NCBI GenBank assembly: GCA_001804285.1
Contig: MHFR01000016.1
Location: 13,975-77,974 of the forward strand
Direction: 5' to 3'
DNA from: Candidatus Danuiimicrobium aquiferis
GTDB taxonomy: Bacteria; Omnitrophota; Omnitrophia; Omnitrophales; Danuiimicrobiaceae
Length of the DNA: 64,000 nt
A program made the translations under genes and the position numbers. The first letter of the stretch is position 1. Each line of letters begins with the position of its first letter. Under the pieces are notes generated by a model. It made no database searches and was not told the origin of the DNA. It saw only the letters and a program-made list of their open reading frames with translations. Positions 48,380 through 58,778 of this stretch are shown here, piece after piece.

Positions 48380-50251
48380 ATGAGGTTTAACTTTTGCATT
48401 TGCCGGTTTTTTTATATTCACGCTCTGCGACTGATCATCATTCCAGTTTTAGTTTTTGGTTATTCTCTTCAATCACCTCTTGTTTATGCCGTACCCTCAC
48501 GAGAACTTCGCGTGGGTGTCGCTGTGACGCGGGAGTATCAATCAAACCGCGAGTGGAAACCCTTGTTTGAACGGCGGCTTGCCTATGCGTCAAAAATATT
48601 CCAGAATGAATTTCAAATCAAATTTAAACCTGCCAAATATTGGGATTGGAATCCTTCGAATGAAAATCGGGACATGACCTATTTATTGGAAGATCTGAAA
48701 AGCCAGTTTCCTCTCAATCGAATGGATGTCGATTTTGTGATCGGGCTCAGCCGGTTGTTTGAAGTCAAGACACCGGAGGAAATGAAAGATGTAGATGTGA
48801 TCGGACGAACACAGATTTTTGCCGGCTATATTATTTTGCGAAATCCCAAAAAAACGCTTTATCAAATACAGGAAGAAACAGTGCTTGTGCATGAAATCGC
48901 CCACCTGTTTGGAGCCGTTCACACCAATGAATCAAATACGATTATGTATCCGATTGTTTACCGCCAGATTCCGACACGGTTTGACATGAAAAATCAGGAT
49001 ATTATCCGGCTGACGCGCGATATGAATTTTAAAGAAGGACAGAGGTCGCTTGATCAAAAGACTGCGAAATTATTGATCAACAATTATAAACAGCTCATGG
49101 GATATGATAAATCTTTTGGCTTTTTTTACGCGCTTGGGATTTTTTATTTGAAGCTTGGCTATTATGATGATGCGGCGAATGCGTGGAAAGCGGCGATTGA
49201 GGTTGAGCCGGACAATCCGCAGGTCCGTTATGACCTCGGTGTTTTATATTACAAGCGGGGGAATTCAAAACAGGCAATGAAAGAGCTTGCCCGGGCTGTC
49301 CAGAAATTTGATCATCCAAGCCAGCGTGGAAGTAAAATTTCAGCGCTGAAAATGCTCGGTGCCGCTTATTATGAAGTAGGAGATTCCAACGCCGCGTATC
49401 GTTCATGGACCCAGGTGTTAGTTCTCGATCCTGCAGACCAGGAAGCGAAATTGAATTTGACGACACTCAAATTAAAACAGGGGCAGGTGGACGACGCGAT
49501 TCAGTCATTCCAAAAGGCGTCCGCGAATGAAAATTCTCCACAAGTCCTCAGTAATTTGGGGTCGGCTTACTTCCAAAAAGGGGATTACACAAAAGCGATT
49601 GAATATCTCAACCAAGCGCTCGAGCTTGCGCCGAAACAAAAAACACGCGATGGCCGCGTCAACGAACTTGAAAACTGGCAACCCTCAGAGATTTATAAAC
49701 GCCTCGGATATTGTTATTTGAAGCTCAACCAAAATCAAAAGGCCCTTGAGTCTTTCGGGCAGGCTTGCAGTTTGAATCCTTCCGTTGAATGTCACGAGCG
49801 TCTTGGCGAAATCTATTTCCGGATGCGTGATTGGCAAAATACAATTCGTGAGCTGAGTGCGGTCGAAAGACAGGGTGAACAGTCCGCAGAACTTTATGGG
49901 ATTTTAGGAACGGCGTTTACCCGGCTGGGACAAACAACCGAAGCGGTCAGTATGTTCCAAAAAGGGCTGCCGCTTGCAAAAGATTCGAAAGTGGCTGCGC
50001 AATTTCATAATAATTTGGGAACTTTATTTTTGCATTTGAACCGCCCGGATGATTCGGTTAAGGAATTTCAGATCGCTATTCAAAGAAATTGGAATAATGA
50101 CGAAGCACACTTTGGGCTCGCCCGGGCATATGTTCTTCAGAACCGGTTTCCGGAAGCAAAGCAGTCTCTGGGATATGCGCTTCAATTGAATCCAAACCAC
50201 AAAGAAGCGAAAAAGCTGTTGAAAGACGTGGAAAAGAGCTTGGGACGATAG
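48380..50251 (+). CDS. Exported metzincin-type metallopeptidase with C-terminal TPR repeats
   Basis: HEIAHLFGAVH plus Met-turn TIMYP, followed by many TPRs. Confidence 0.85.
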   Translation: MRFNFCICRFFYIHALRLIIIPVLVFGYSLQSPLVYAVPSRELRVGVAVTREYQSNREWKPLFERRLAYASKIFQNEFQIKFKPAKYWDWNPSNENRDMTYLLEDLKSQFPLNRMDVDFVIGLSRLFEVKTPEEMKDVDVIGRTQIFAGYIILRNPKKTLYQIQEETVLVHEIAHLFGAVHTNESNTIMYPIVYRQIPTRFDMKNQDIIRLTRDMNFKEGQRSLDQKTAKLLINNYKQLMGYDKSFGFFYALGIFYLKLGYYDDAANAWKAAIEVEPDNPQVRYDLGVLYYKRGNSKQAMKELARAVQKFDHPSQRGSKISALKMLGAAYYEVGDSNAAYRSWTQVLVLDPADQEAKLNLTTLKLKQGQVDDAIQSFQKASANENSPQVLSNLGSAYFQKGDYTKAIEYLNQALELAPKQKTRDGRVNELENWQPSEIYKRLGYCYLKLNQNQKALESFGQACSLNPSVECHERLGEIYFRMRDWQNTIRELSAVERQGEQSAELYGILGTAFTRLGQTTEAVSMFQKGLPLAKDSKVAAQFHNNLGTLFLHLNRPDDSVKEFQIAIQRNWNNDEAHFGLARAYVLQNRFPEAKQSLGYALQLNPNHKEAKKLLKDVEKSLGR

Positions 50252-50345
50252 AACACAAGAGCACAAGGTTACAGGCGCACAAGTGATTAAATAGGTTGAT
50301 GAGTATTTATTCGTGTCCTTGAGAATTTGGATTGAACGGTTTGTT

Positions 50346-51131
50346 CTACCTGTGATCCTGTGCGCTTATGCTCTTGCGGCCTAATTTTGCCAAGTAGGAC
50401 TTAATCACATTTACGGGAATAGCAAAACTACGTGCTGTTTTTTGATTTGATTTCGCGTTCATAATTCCCAGGAGACTGCCATCTTCATCAAAAACCGGAC
50501 TACCACTGTCACCCTCATAAATATCGAAGTTAATTTGAATCGCGTCAACAGCATGAGCTTCTTTCGAGGGCGTATTTGATCGCTTTGCAATCGCTTTGAC
50601 TTTTCCTTCACTGATTGAATTTTTTCTAAGTTTTGAATTCCCGACGCAATAGACTTTTCTTCCGGGTTTCAATTGATCAGAATCGGCAAAACGGACGGCC
50701 ACCAGAAAAAATGGCGGCTCGATTTTGATAAAGGCTAAATCATTTTCGGGGTGAACTTCAAGTAAAATTCCGTCAACGATGGTTTTGTCGTGAAGCGCGA
50801 CACGGATGCGTCCGGATTTCTGGACGGTGTGAGCATTGGTCACAATAATACCGTCTGGATCAATAATGACGCCCGCTCCTTCCCGCTTGTAGTATACGGG
50901 ACGAACACGGCCGAGCATTACAATCCTTCCGGTTTTTGGATCAAGGAATTGTTGTTTCCCTCCAAACGCGCCGCCTGATTCTGCGCGGACAGTTACGACT
51001 GCCTGGGAAGCGTGAAATAAATTTGCCAGAACTGATTGAGCCGATTCGACTTCCGTGGTACCGGACAGAATCAAAAATTGGATTCCGATGATAAACGTAA
51101 TGGTTTTTCGAGTAAACATATCATTCTCCAT
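50346..51131 (-). CDS. Trypsin-like serine protease (HtrA-like, no PDZ)
   Basis: TNAHTV, NDLA, GDSGSP triad motifs; signal/TM N-terminus. Confidence 0.88.
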   Translation of the reverse strand: MENDMFTRKTITFIIGIQFLILSGTTEVESAQSVLANLFHASQAVVTVRAESGGAFGGKQQFLDPKTGRIVMLGRVRPVYYKREGAGVIIDPDGIIVTNAHTVQKSGRIRVALHDKTIVDGILLEVHPENDLAFIKIEPPFFLVAVRFADSDQLKPGRKVYCVGNSKLRKNSISEGKVKAIAKRSNTPSKEAHAVDAIQINFDIYEGDSGSPVFDEDGSLLGIMNAKSNQKTARSFAIPVNVIKSYLAKLGRKSISAQDHR

Positions 51132-51285
51132 GATACCAATAAATCTATTTTATCATGATTTCTTGGAATTCATAGATGCTGATTTAAAAAATACATGTTG
51201 AGAAAAGTGAACGAAATTTTACTGTCTTTATAAATTTCTTTTCGGCACCATGCGTGAAAAAATTTGATATTTTTATGTATTTTGA

Positions 51286-51314
51286 TTGACCGATACAAGC
51301 ATGCGTGTTAAACT
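51286..51314 (+). promoter_or_regulatory. Probable gpsA promoter
   Basis: TTGACC-N17-TAAACT with extended TG. Confidence 0.55.
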
Positions 51315-51360
51315 CAAGCCCTTAAAAAACCCTGATAGAATAGGGTTTGTAGCGGGCTAA

Positions 51361-51547
51361 CCCGACTTTCTTATTCGTTTTTTGAGTCGGCGAGAAAGTC
51401 GCTTTGGGTGCAATTTATTACACCCAAAGTTTTGCGCCCTATTTGAACAAGGGCGCAAAAGATAAGCCCTGCGGCGCAGAGATATAAGCCATCTTTGCGC
51501 CGCAGCTCTGACGAGCGGAATTTCTCATTAGCGAATCGAAATCCGGG
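51361..51547. mobile_element. MITE with CTAA target duplication and extra internal hairpins
   Basis: ctaa|cccgactttct ... gaaatccggg|ctaa; aligns with the reverse complement of 44226-44324. Confidence 0.8.
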
Positions 51548-51573
51548 CTAACTGTAATTATAATTTTGATATA

Positions 51574-52584
51574 ATGACAAAAAAATATAAAGTTTCAATA
51601 CTTGGCGACGGCGGTTGGGGAACGGCACTTGCCATTTTGAATGCGCGCAGAGAAAATGAAGTGATGCTTTGGAGCGCCTTTCATGATTATGTGCAGGTAC
51701 TCGAAGAAACGAGAGAAAATAAAAAGTTCCTCCCCGACGTTAAAATCCCCCCCCAAGTTCAAATGACTTCTGATATCGGAGAAGCAGTCAAATTTGCAGA
51801 TTTGGTTGTGCTTGCGATTCCATCTCTTTATTTGAGGAATGTCCTTTTTAAACTGAAAGAGTTTGATTTAAAAAATAAAGTTTTGGTTAGCGTAGCCAAG
51901 GGGATTGAGCTTAAGACACTTACGCGCCCATCTGAAATTATTCGGTCTGTCCTGGGGAATGTTGATCTGGCCGTTCTTTCAGGCCCCTCACATGCTGAAG
52001 AAGTTGCGCGTGACCTTCCAACTGTTGTTGTGGTCGGTTCGGACAACCCGAAAATTTCTCAAATCGTTCAGGAGGCATTTCGCGATACTTTCTTTCGAGT
52101 TTATGTGCAGAATGACGTTACGGGAATTGAATTGGGCGGTGTGCTTAAGAATGTGATTGCCCTCGGTGCCGGAATTTCAGACGGGTTGGGTTTTGGCGCA
52201 AATGCGAAAGCAGCGCTTTTGACGCGTGGACTTCTTGAAATGGTACGCTTGGGAGCAAAAATGGGGGCTAACCCAAATACTTTTTTTGGGCTAGCCGGAT
52301 TGGGCGATTTGATTACGACTTGTATTTCTCCATATGGAAGAAATCTTTATGTTGGGCGCGAAATCGGAAAAGGGCGAAAATTAAAAGAGATTTTAGGAAA
52401 AATGGAGATGGTGGCTGAGGGAGTTGAGACAGCGCGTTGTGCGTATGCGCTTGCTGAGAAATATCAACTTCACGCACCGATTATTACAGAAATTTATAAA
52501 ATGCTTTATGAAGATAAAGATCCGCGGCAGGCGATTGTGGATCTGATGACTCGTGAAGCGCATGAAGAGATGAAACAATATTGA
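51574..52584 (+). CDS. gpsA: NAD(P)H-dependent glycerol-3-phosphate dehydrogenase
   Basis: GDGGWGTALA, SGPSHAEEV, LKNVIA, GLGDLITTC, AEGV. Confidence 0.97.
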   Translation: MTKKYKVSILGDGGWGTALAILNARRENEVMLWSAFHDYVQVLEETRENKKFLPDVKIPPQVQMTSDIGEAVKFADLVVLAIPSLYLRNVLFKLKEFDLKNKVLVSVAKGIELKTLTRPSEIIRSVLGNVDLAVLSGPSHAEEVARDLPTVVVVGSDNPKISQIVQEAFRDTFFRVYVQNDVTGIELGGVLKNVIALGAGISDGLGFGANAKAALLTRGLLEMVRLGAKMGANPNTFFGLAGLGDLITTCISPYGRNLYVGREIGKGRKLKEILGKMEMVAEGVETARCAYALAEKYQLHAPIITEIYKMLYEDKDPRQAIVDLMTREAHEEMKQY

Positions 52585-52761
52585 AACAAAGGACCAATGT
52601 CCAAATCTCAATAACCAAGGAAGCTCCAAAGTTACAATTTTTAATTGGGGAATGATTTTCTTTGGATTTCATTGGTCATTGGGGATTGGACATTGATATT
52701 TTGATTAACTATACTAAGGTAGCTTACATTTGTAAGTTGCTCATTGAAAGGAGGTGAAAAC

Positions 52762-53034
52762 ATGAATAAGCAAGAACTCATTTCCAAAATTGCAAAGGAT
52801 ATGGAAGTTTCAAAGTCCAAGGCAAATGATATGCTGAATTGCACAGTGGAAGCGATTAAAGGTGCATTGAAAAAAGGTCAGCGTGTTCAATTGATCGGCT
52901 TTGGGACGTTTCTCGTCCGCCAGCGCAAAGCTCGCATGGGTCGCAATCCGAAAACCGGAGAAACGATTCAGATTAAGGCGCGCAAGGTTCCGGCTTTCTC
53001 AGCTGGTTCTGAATTGAAGAAGATGTTGAGGTAG
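52762..53034 (+). CDS. hup: HU family DNA-binding protein
   Basis: MNKQELI, GFGTF, RMGRNPKTGE; GGAGG RBS. Confidence 0.93.
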   Translation: MNKQELISKIAKDMEVSKSKANDMLNCTVEAIKGALKKGQRVQLIGFGTFLVRQRKARMGRNPKTGETIQIKARKVPAFSAGSELKKMLR

Positions 53035-53164
53035 GATTCTTCAAGTAGGAGTCAGGTGTCAGAAATCAGGAAGCACAGGTTAGGTTTTCTTGTTGGTTTT
53101 AAATTTTGTTTTCTGGTTTCTGACATCTGATATCTTCCCTCTGTAAATGTTAAATAAAAGTTGG

Positions 53165-53238
53165 CGGGACGTGGCTCAGCCCGGTAGAGCACACCCTTGG
53201 GGTGGGTGGGGTCGAGAGTTCAAATCTCTCCGTCCCGA
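53165..53238 (+). tRNA. tRNA-Pro(GGG), CCA not encoded
   Basis: Acceptor cgggacg/cgtcccg, anticodon arm caccc-ttGGGgt-gggtg, T-loop gttcaaatc. Confidence 0.95.
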
Positions 53239-53346
53239 GACGCAAATAGTGAACGGTCAACGACTTATAGTTGTTGACCGTTTTGCTATTTTGGGGGTAT
53301 AATGCCATCTGCTACGTAAATTGCTACGTAGAAAAAGGAGAAAACG

Positions 53347-54375
53347 ATGGCTCAAGCATTCCTCCACAAGCGCGGAAAAGTTTATTACGCCCGGTACAGA
53401 AACCGGAACGGAAAAGAGTGCTGGAAATCGTTTAAAACCAATTCCAAAGAAATCGCAAACGCAAAACTTGCCAAGCTCGTAGAAGCCCTCGAAAAAGATG
53501 AGCTCGGCTGGCTCAATCCAAAACCCATTTCAGAATACCTTCCCGAATATCTGGCGATCTGCGGTGCGGAACACTCCCCAAAAACACTCAGCAATGAAAA
53601 GAAAATCTTGGATGAGTTCCTCAAATTTTGCGGAGCCCAAACCTTAAATCAAATTACGGTGGATCGCGTTGAAGCGTTCAAAGTTAAACGCGTCCATAAA
53701 GTCAGCAAATCGACGGTGAACCGGGAAGTCTCGGTCATTAAAGCTTTTCTCAACCGCGCGGTGGCGCTTGGTTATCTCAACCGGCATCCGGCACAATTTG
53801 TGAAGAAATTCAAAGAAGATCAAAAACAGATTCAATTTCTTTCAGACGAAGAGATTAAGAAACTGCTTGCGGTTTGCTCTCCGAAAATGAAACAAATCGT
53901 GACGATCTTTTTGACCACCGGCATGCGCTTGGGCGAGCTGACACATCTGCGCTGGAAAGATGTCGATTTCCGCCATAAGCAGATCATCATTCAGAACCGG
54001 CCTGACTGGACGACAAAGAGCCATAAACCGCGTGTGATTCCCATGCATCCGGTAACCTTTGCGATATTGTCATCCTTACCCAAAGATTACGATTACGTCT
54101 TTCCGACAAGGGACGGCGCCACGATCGACAGTTACATCCGCCAGGAAATCGCCCGCTATGCCGATAAAGCCGGTGTCCACGCCAGCGTGAAAATGTTTCG
54201 ATCAACCTTTGCCAGCAATCTCGTCATGAGCGGCGTTGATATCTACGCCGTCTCCAAACTCCTCGGCCACCATGACGTAAAAATAACCGAAAAGCACTAT
54301 GCACACCTAACGCCAGACTTTTTAAGCCACTCCGTCCAGAGGTTAAGTTTTGAATTTGATAAGAAGAAGGGATAG
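53347..54375 (+). CDS. Tyrosine recombinase/integrase
   Basis: Arm-binding-like N-terminus, TGMRLGE, KMFRSTFAS, LLGHHD...HY. Confidence 0.93.
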   Translation: MAQAFLHKRGKVYYARYRNRNGKECWKSFKTNSKEIANAKLAKLVEALEKDELGWLNPKPISEYLPEYLAICGAEHSPKTLSNEKKILDEFLKFCGAQTLNQITVDRVEAFKVKRVHKVSKSTVNREVSVIKAFLNRAVALGYLNRHPAQFVKKFKEDQKQIQFLSDEEIKKLLAVCSPKMKQIVTIFLTTGMRLGELTHLRWKDVDFRHKQIIIQNRPDWTTKSHKPRVIPMHPVTFAILSSLPKDYDYVFPTRDGATIDSYIRQEIARYADKAGVHASVKMFRSTFASNLVMSGVDIYAVSKLLGHHDVKITEKHYAHLTPDFLSHSVQRLSFEFDKKKG

Positions 54376-54427
54376 AATATGGCGAACTTAATGCCGAAAA
54401 AAAGTAGCAGGGAGGTTAGACGTTTAT

Positions 54428-55921
54428 ATGGCATTGCCGATTAATATCGATGAATTGTTGCACGGCCGCGTGGTTGAGACCGAGCGTCTTGAATTCAAGG
54501 AGGGATGGAATCCGCAAGCTGTCCTGCATACGATGTGCGCCTTTGCCAACGATATCAACAACTGGGGTGGCGGATATATCGTGATCGGAGTCGAGGAAAA
54601 TAAGACTGGGCCGGCCTTCTCACCTAAGGGGCTGGCGCCTTCCGAGATCAAAAAAATCCAAAAAAAACTTTTAAGCCTTTCTCACAGGATCAAACCGGAA
54701 TATTTTCCGATTGTTGACGTTACAAATTACAAGGGCAAGAACATCGTCATCATCTGGGTTCCCGGTGGAACGAACCGGCCATATAAAGCCGCGGAGACAT
54801 TAGGCAAGGGCGCGCCATACGCGTATTATATTCGCCGCAACGATACGACAAAACGCGCGACGGCGTCTGATGAGCGTAGTCTAATGAAACTCGCCAACGA
54901 CATTCCTTTTGACGACCGCGTTAATTACAAGGCAACTCTAAAAGATTTGGATATTCGGCGGATTGAACAATATCTAAGCGATGTAAAAAGCGATCTCGTC
55001 CGGGAAATGTCAAAGATGCCGCTTAAGGATCTATACCGCAGGATGAATATAGTTGAGGGACAGGATGAATTGTTGAGGCCAAAGAATATCGGACTTATGC
55101 TTTTTTGTATTGATCCCCAAAAGTATTTCCCGCGCACGACCATTGATGTCGTGAAATATAAAGACGATGTCGGCGACGACTTTGATGAAAAGATTTTCGC
55201 CGGGCCTATTCATGAACAGTTGCGCGCTGCGCTTCAATATATTAAAAATTTGATGATAATCGAATATGTTCATAAGGTTGAAGGCCGGGCAGAGGCGGAG
55301 AGATTCTTTAATTATCCGTACGCGGCTATCGAGGAATCTTTGGTGAATGCGGTATACCATCGTAGTTATGAGGAACGCGAGCCGATCGAAGTGCGGATTT
55401 ATCCGGACAAGATTTATATCATTAGTTATCCGGGGCCTTTACCGCCGCTGGGCAAAGATAATATTAATGAACCGATCGTCACGCCGCGCCGGTATCGCAA
55501 CAGCCGGTTAGGCGATTCTCTGAAAGAACTTGAATTGGCGGAAGGCCGGTGTACGGGATTTCCAAAAATCCGCCGCGCGCTTAAAAATAATGGATCGCCT
55601 CCGCCAAATTTTGAGACTGATGACGACCGCACATATTTTATGGTAACTCTTAAGATTAACCCAAGAGCGAAGAAAATGGCGGCAAAAATAACTCCTGAAA
55701 TGGCTGAGAAAAATGAGGGAATAAACGAGGGATTAAATGAGGGATTAAAATCTCTCTTGAAAGTAATTAAAGAAAATCCCGGCATCAAAGCAAAAGATGT
55801 CAGCTTGCGGCTTGACGGAAGGCCGATCAAAACGATAGAACGGCAAATAACGACTCTTATCGATAGCAAATTAATAGAACGAAGAGGAAGTCGCAAGACC
55901 GGCGGGTATTTCATTAAATAG
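54428..55921 (+). CDS. AlbA_2/Schlafen-like DNA-binding domain + HATPase-like + HTH protein
   Basis: ETERLEFKE, CAFAND..GGYIVIGV, EESLVNAVYHRSY, RNSRL, C-terminal RRGSRKTGGY. Confidence 0.85.
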   Translation: MALPINIDELLHGRVVETERLEFKEGWNPQAVLHTMCAFANDINNWGGGYIVIGVEENKTGPAFSPKGLAPSEIKKIQKKLLSLSHRIKPEYFPIVDVTNYKGKNIVIIWVPGGTNRPYKAAETLGKGAPYAYYIRRNDTTKRATASDERSLMKLANDIPFDDRVNYKATLKDLDIRRIEQYLSDVKSDLVREMSKMPLKDLYRRMNIVEGQDELLRPKNIGLMLFCIDPQKYFPRTTIDVVKYKDDVGDDFDEKIFAGPIHEQLRAALQYIKNLMIIEYVHKVEGRAEAERFFNYPYAAIEESLVNAVYHRSYEEREPIEVRIYPDKIYIISYPGPLPPLGKDNINEPIVTPRRYRNSRLGDSLKELELAEGRCTGFPKIRRALKNNGSPPPNFETDDDRTYFMVTLKINPRAKKMAAKITPEMAEKNEGINEGLNEGLKSLLKVIKENPGIKAKDVSLRLDGRPIKTIERQITTLIDSKLIERRGSRKTGGYFIK

Positions 55922-55948
55922 TATAGGGTTCAAGTCTGACACCATTTT

Positions 55949-56066
55949 ATGGCGGAAATCATCGAAATGATGATAGGGAAAAAAGGTCGTAGAAAGAGTC
56001 GTAGAAAAGGTCGGAGAAAGAGTCACTGAAAAGGTCACTGAAAACCAAAGGCAGATTTTACTTAAA
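55949..56066 (+). pseudogene. Gene remnant with 12-bp tandem repeats (KVVE-RVVE-KVGE-RVTE-KVTE-NQRQIL)
   Basis: 4-aa repeats like those preceding C-terminal HTH domains (compare NEGI-NEGL-NEGL in the previous gene); no in-frame start. Confidence 0.45.
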
Positions 56067-56087
56067 AGGAAGAAATATTATTTAATT

Positions 56088-58778
56088 ATGAGTGAAGAAA
56101 AGTGGAATGAATACAAAACGCGGAAGGAATATATCGATAAATTGCTCATTCATTCCGGCTGGAAACCCATCGTTGAATTCAAAGAAGGAAAAAATTACGT
56201 CCATGCTTCTGTAGAAGAATATCCTACGAAAACCGGTCCTTGCGACTATGCGCTCTTTTGCAAAAACCGGCCTCTGGCGGCTGTTGAGGGTAAAAAGGTT
56301 TCCGTTGGGCCGCAGAATGTACTTCAACAAGCCCAACGTTACGCGCGCGGATTTCAAGACAGCCCGTTTGCTTTTGGTGAATATCATCTGCCGTTTATTT
56401 ACTCGACCAATGGCAGAGTGGTCTGGTTTCAGGATTTGCGCCATCCGTTGAACCGGTCACGGGAAATCACTGCAATTCATACGCCTAATGCCTTGGAAGA
56501 ACTCCTATCAAGAGACGAAGAAAAAGCTAAGGCGTGGCTTCAAAGTACGTTAATCGACAATCGGTTCCTGCGCCCTTACCAAAAAGAAGCCATTTCAGCG
56601 ATCGAGCAGGCAATCATGGATCGAAAACGCAATATGCTTGTTGCGATGGCAACCGGAACCGGCAAGACCTTCACGATCATCAATTTGATTTACCGGCTGA
56701 TGAAATCCGGTCTTGCGAAGCGGATTTTGTTTTTGGTAGATCGCCGCGCTTTGGCAGCTCAAGCGGTGACAGAACTCGCAAGTTATGAAGCAGAGCCGGG
56801 CCTTAAATTTGATAAATGTTACGAAGTCTACAGCCAACGGTTCAGGCGCGAAGACCTGGATGAGAATATCAAATATGATTCTAAAGTCTTGCCCGAAGAA
56901 TACCTGACCGACCCAAAGAGCCGGGACAGTTTCGTCTACGTTTGTACCATCCAGAGAATGGGGATCAATTTATTCGGTAAGGACGGTATGTTCGGTCAAT
57001 CGACCGGCGATTTAGATGACGAATCAGATGCGGATCAGAAATTAGATATTCCCATTCATGCTTTTGATGTGGTGATCGCTGACGAATGCCACCGGGGATA
57101 TACTTCTCAGGAAGAAAGTAAATGGCGTGAAGTTTTGAAACATTTCGATGGCATCAGAATAGGACTGACCGCGACGCCCGCTGTCCACACCACCGCATTC
57201 TTTAAAGAAGTTGTTTTTCGGTATGAATATGAGCGCGCGGTCAAAGAAGGATTTCTTGTCGATTACGATGCAGTGGCGGTCAAATCCGATATTACGATTA
57301 ATGGAGTGTTTTTGAAAGAAGGCGAAGAAATCGGCCTTAGGAATACGACAACCGGCCAGCTTGTTTTTGATGTTCTCGAAGATGAACGGACGTTGGTGCC
57401 GCAAAGCAACGAAGCGGAATGGACAGCGCCGGATAGAAATAAAAAAGTTGTCAAAGAATTAAAAAAATATCTTCTCGCTCAAGAAGAATCTCTGGGGCAT
57501 TTCCCAAAAACGTTGATATTTGCTGACAACGATTTACCGCATACGTCTCATTCCGATCAGTTGGTCGACATTCTGCGGGATGAATTCAATCGGGGCGACG
57601 CCTTTGTTCAGAAGATAACCGGCAGTCCGACGGTTGACCGGCCTCTTCAGAAGATTCGGGAATTCCGAAACAGACAGAACCCCGGAATTGTCGTAACGGT
57701 TGACATGCTTTCAACCGGCGTGGACGTTCCCAAAATTGAAAATATTGTTTTTCTGCGGCCGGTTAAATCAAGAATCCTGTTCGAACAGATGATGGGGCGC
57801 GGAACACGCCTTTGCCCGGAAATTGGCAAGACGCATTTTACCGTTTTTGATTGTTTTGGCGGAACACTTTTGGAATTTTTCAGGCAAACAACCAGCATAA
57901 CCGCCGAAGCGCCGGCAAAGCCCACCAAAACGATTCGCGAAATAGTGCAGGCAATCGCCGACAATCAAAACAGGGCATACAATGTCAAAGTATTATCTAA
58001 AAGGCTTCAGCGCATCTCAAAAAATATTACCCAGGAAAGCAGGAATGAGCTTAATTATGTCGTTGGAGAGGATATTGCGGATTTTGCAATGAGTCTTGAG
58101 GAGAAACTTTCAAAGAATTGGGCCGGGACTATCAAGATTCTTCAGAGCGAAGCATTTCTTCAGTTGTGCGAAAACTACCATCGGCCCAAGCGCGAATTCA
58201 TTATCGCGGATTCTGCGGAAGACCAAGTCACGTCTGAAATGATTTTCAGGACAGCGGATGGCAAAGAGCTCAAGCCCGTTGATTATCTCAAGCTCTTTGA
58301 AGAGTTCGTCAGAAAGAATCCGGAACACATAGACGCAATCGATATCCTTCTCAATAAACCGCGTGATTTTCACACAGACGAACTCAAGGCGTTGCGAGAA
58401 AAATTGGCCACCAAGCCGGATGCTTTGATCGATAAATTCAACGAACGAAATCTGCGCAGGGCATATAATAGACAATTGGCTGATATAGTCTCGATGATCC
58501 GTCACGCTGCGAAGAACGAGGATTTATTGACGGTCGAAAGCCGTGTCGATCGCGCCATGAAAAAAATAAAAGCAAAAAGACATTTCACGGAAGCACAAGA
58601 AAAATGGCTTGAGCTGATCAGACATCATCTGGTTGCGAACTTGTTAATTGAAAAAGATGACATTGATATCCTGCCGATATTCACGCGGCAAGGCATGAAT
58701 TATTCAAATTTAAATCGGGTTTTTGACGGGAAACTGGACGAACTGTTAAAAGAGATAAATGAGGCGGTGTTAACATGA
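56088..58778 (+). CDS. hsdR: Type I restriction endonuclease R subunit
   Basis: DYAL..VEGKK nuclease, MATGTGKT, DECHR, LTATP, QMMGRGTR. Confidence 0.93.
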   Translation: MSEEKWNEYKTRKEYIDKLLIHSGWKPIVEFKEGKNYVHASVEEYPTKTGPCDYALFCKNRPLAAVEGKKVSVGPQNVLQQAQRYARGFQDSPFAFGEYHLPFIYSTNGRVVWFQDLRHPLNRSREITAIHTPNALEELLSRDEEKAKAWLQSTLIDNRFLRPYQKEAISAIEQAIMDRKRNMLVAMATGTGKTFTIINLIYRLMKSGLAKRILFLVDRRALAAQAVTELASYEAEPGLKFDKCYEVYSQRFRREDLDENIKYDSKVLPEEYLTDPKSRDSFVYVCTIQRMGINLFGKDGMFGQSTGDLDDESDADQKLDIPIHAFDVVIADECHRGYTSQEESKWREVLKHFDGIRIGLTATPAVHTTAFFKEVVFRYEYERAVKEGFLVDYDAVAVKSDITINGVFLKEGEEIGLRNTTTGQLVFDVLEDERTLVPQSNEAEWTAPDRNKKVVKELKKYLLAQEESLGHFPKTLIFADNDLPHTSHSDQLVDILRDEFNRGDAFVQKITGSPTVDRPLQKIREFRNRQNPGIVVTVDMLSTGVDVPKIENIVFLRPVKSRILFEQMMGRGTRLCPEIGKTHFTVFDCFGGTLLEFFRQTTSITAEAPAKPTKTIREIVQAIADNQNRAYNVKVLSKRLQRISKNITQESRNELNYVVGEDIADFAMSLEEKLSKNWAGTIKILQSEAFLQLCENYHRPKREFIIADSAEDQVTSEMIFRTADGKELKPVDYLKLFEEFVRKNPEHIDAIDILLNKPRDFHTDELKALREKLATKPDALIDKFNERNLRRAYNRQLADIVSMIRHAAKNEDLLTVESRVDRAMKKIKAKRHFTEAQEKWLELIRHHLVANLLIEKDDIDILPIFTRQGMNYSNLNRVFDGKLDELLKEINEAVLT

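Noticed and set aside
53347-54375. Island integrase as the enzyme shuffling the giant-gene cassettes
   Set aside because: Its position next to the tRNA explains it as the island integrase; it is about 41 kb away with no sequence link.
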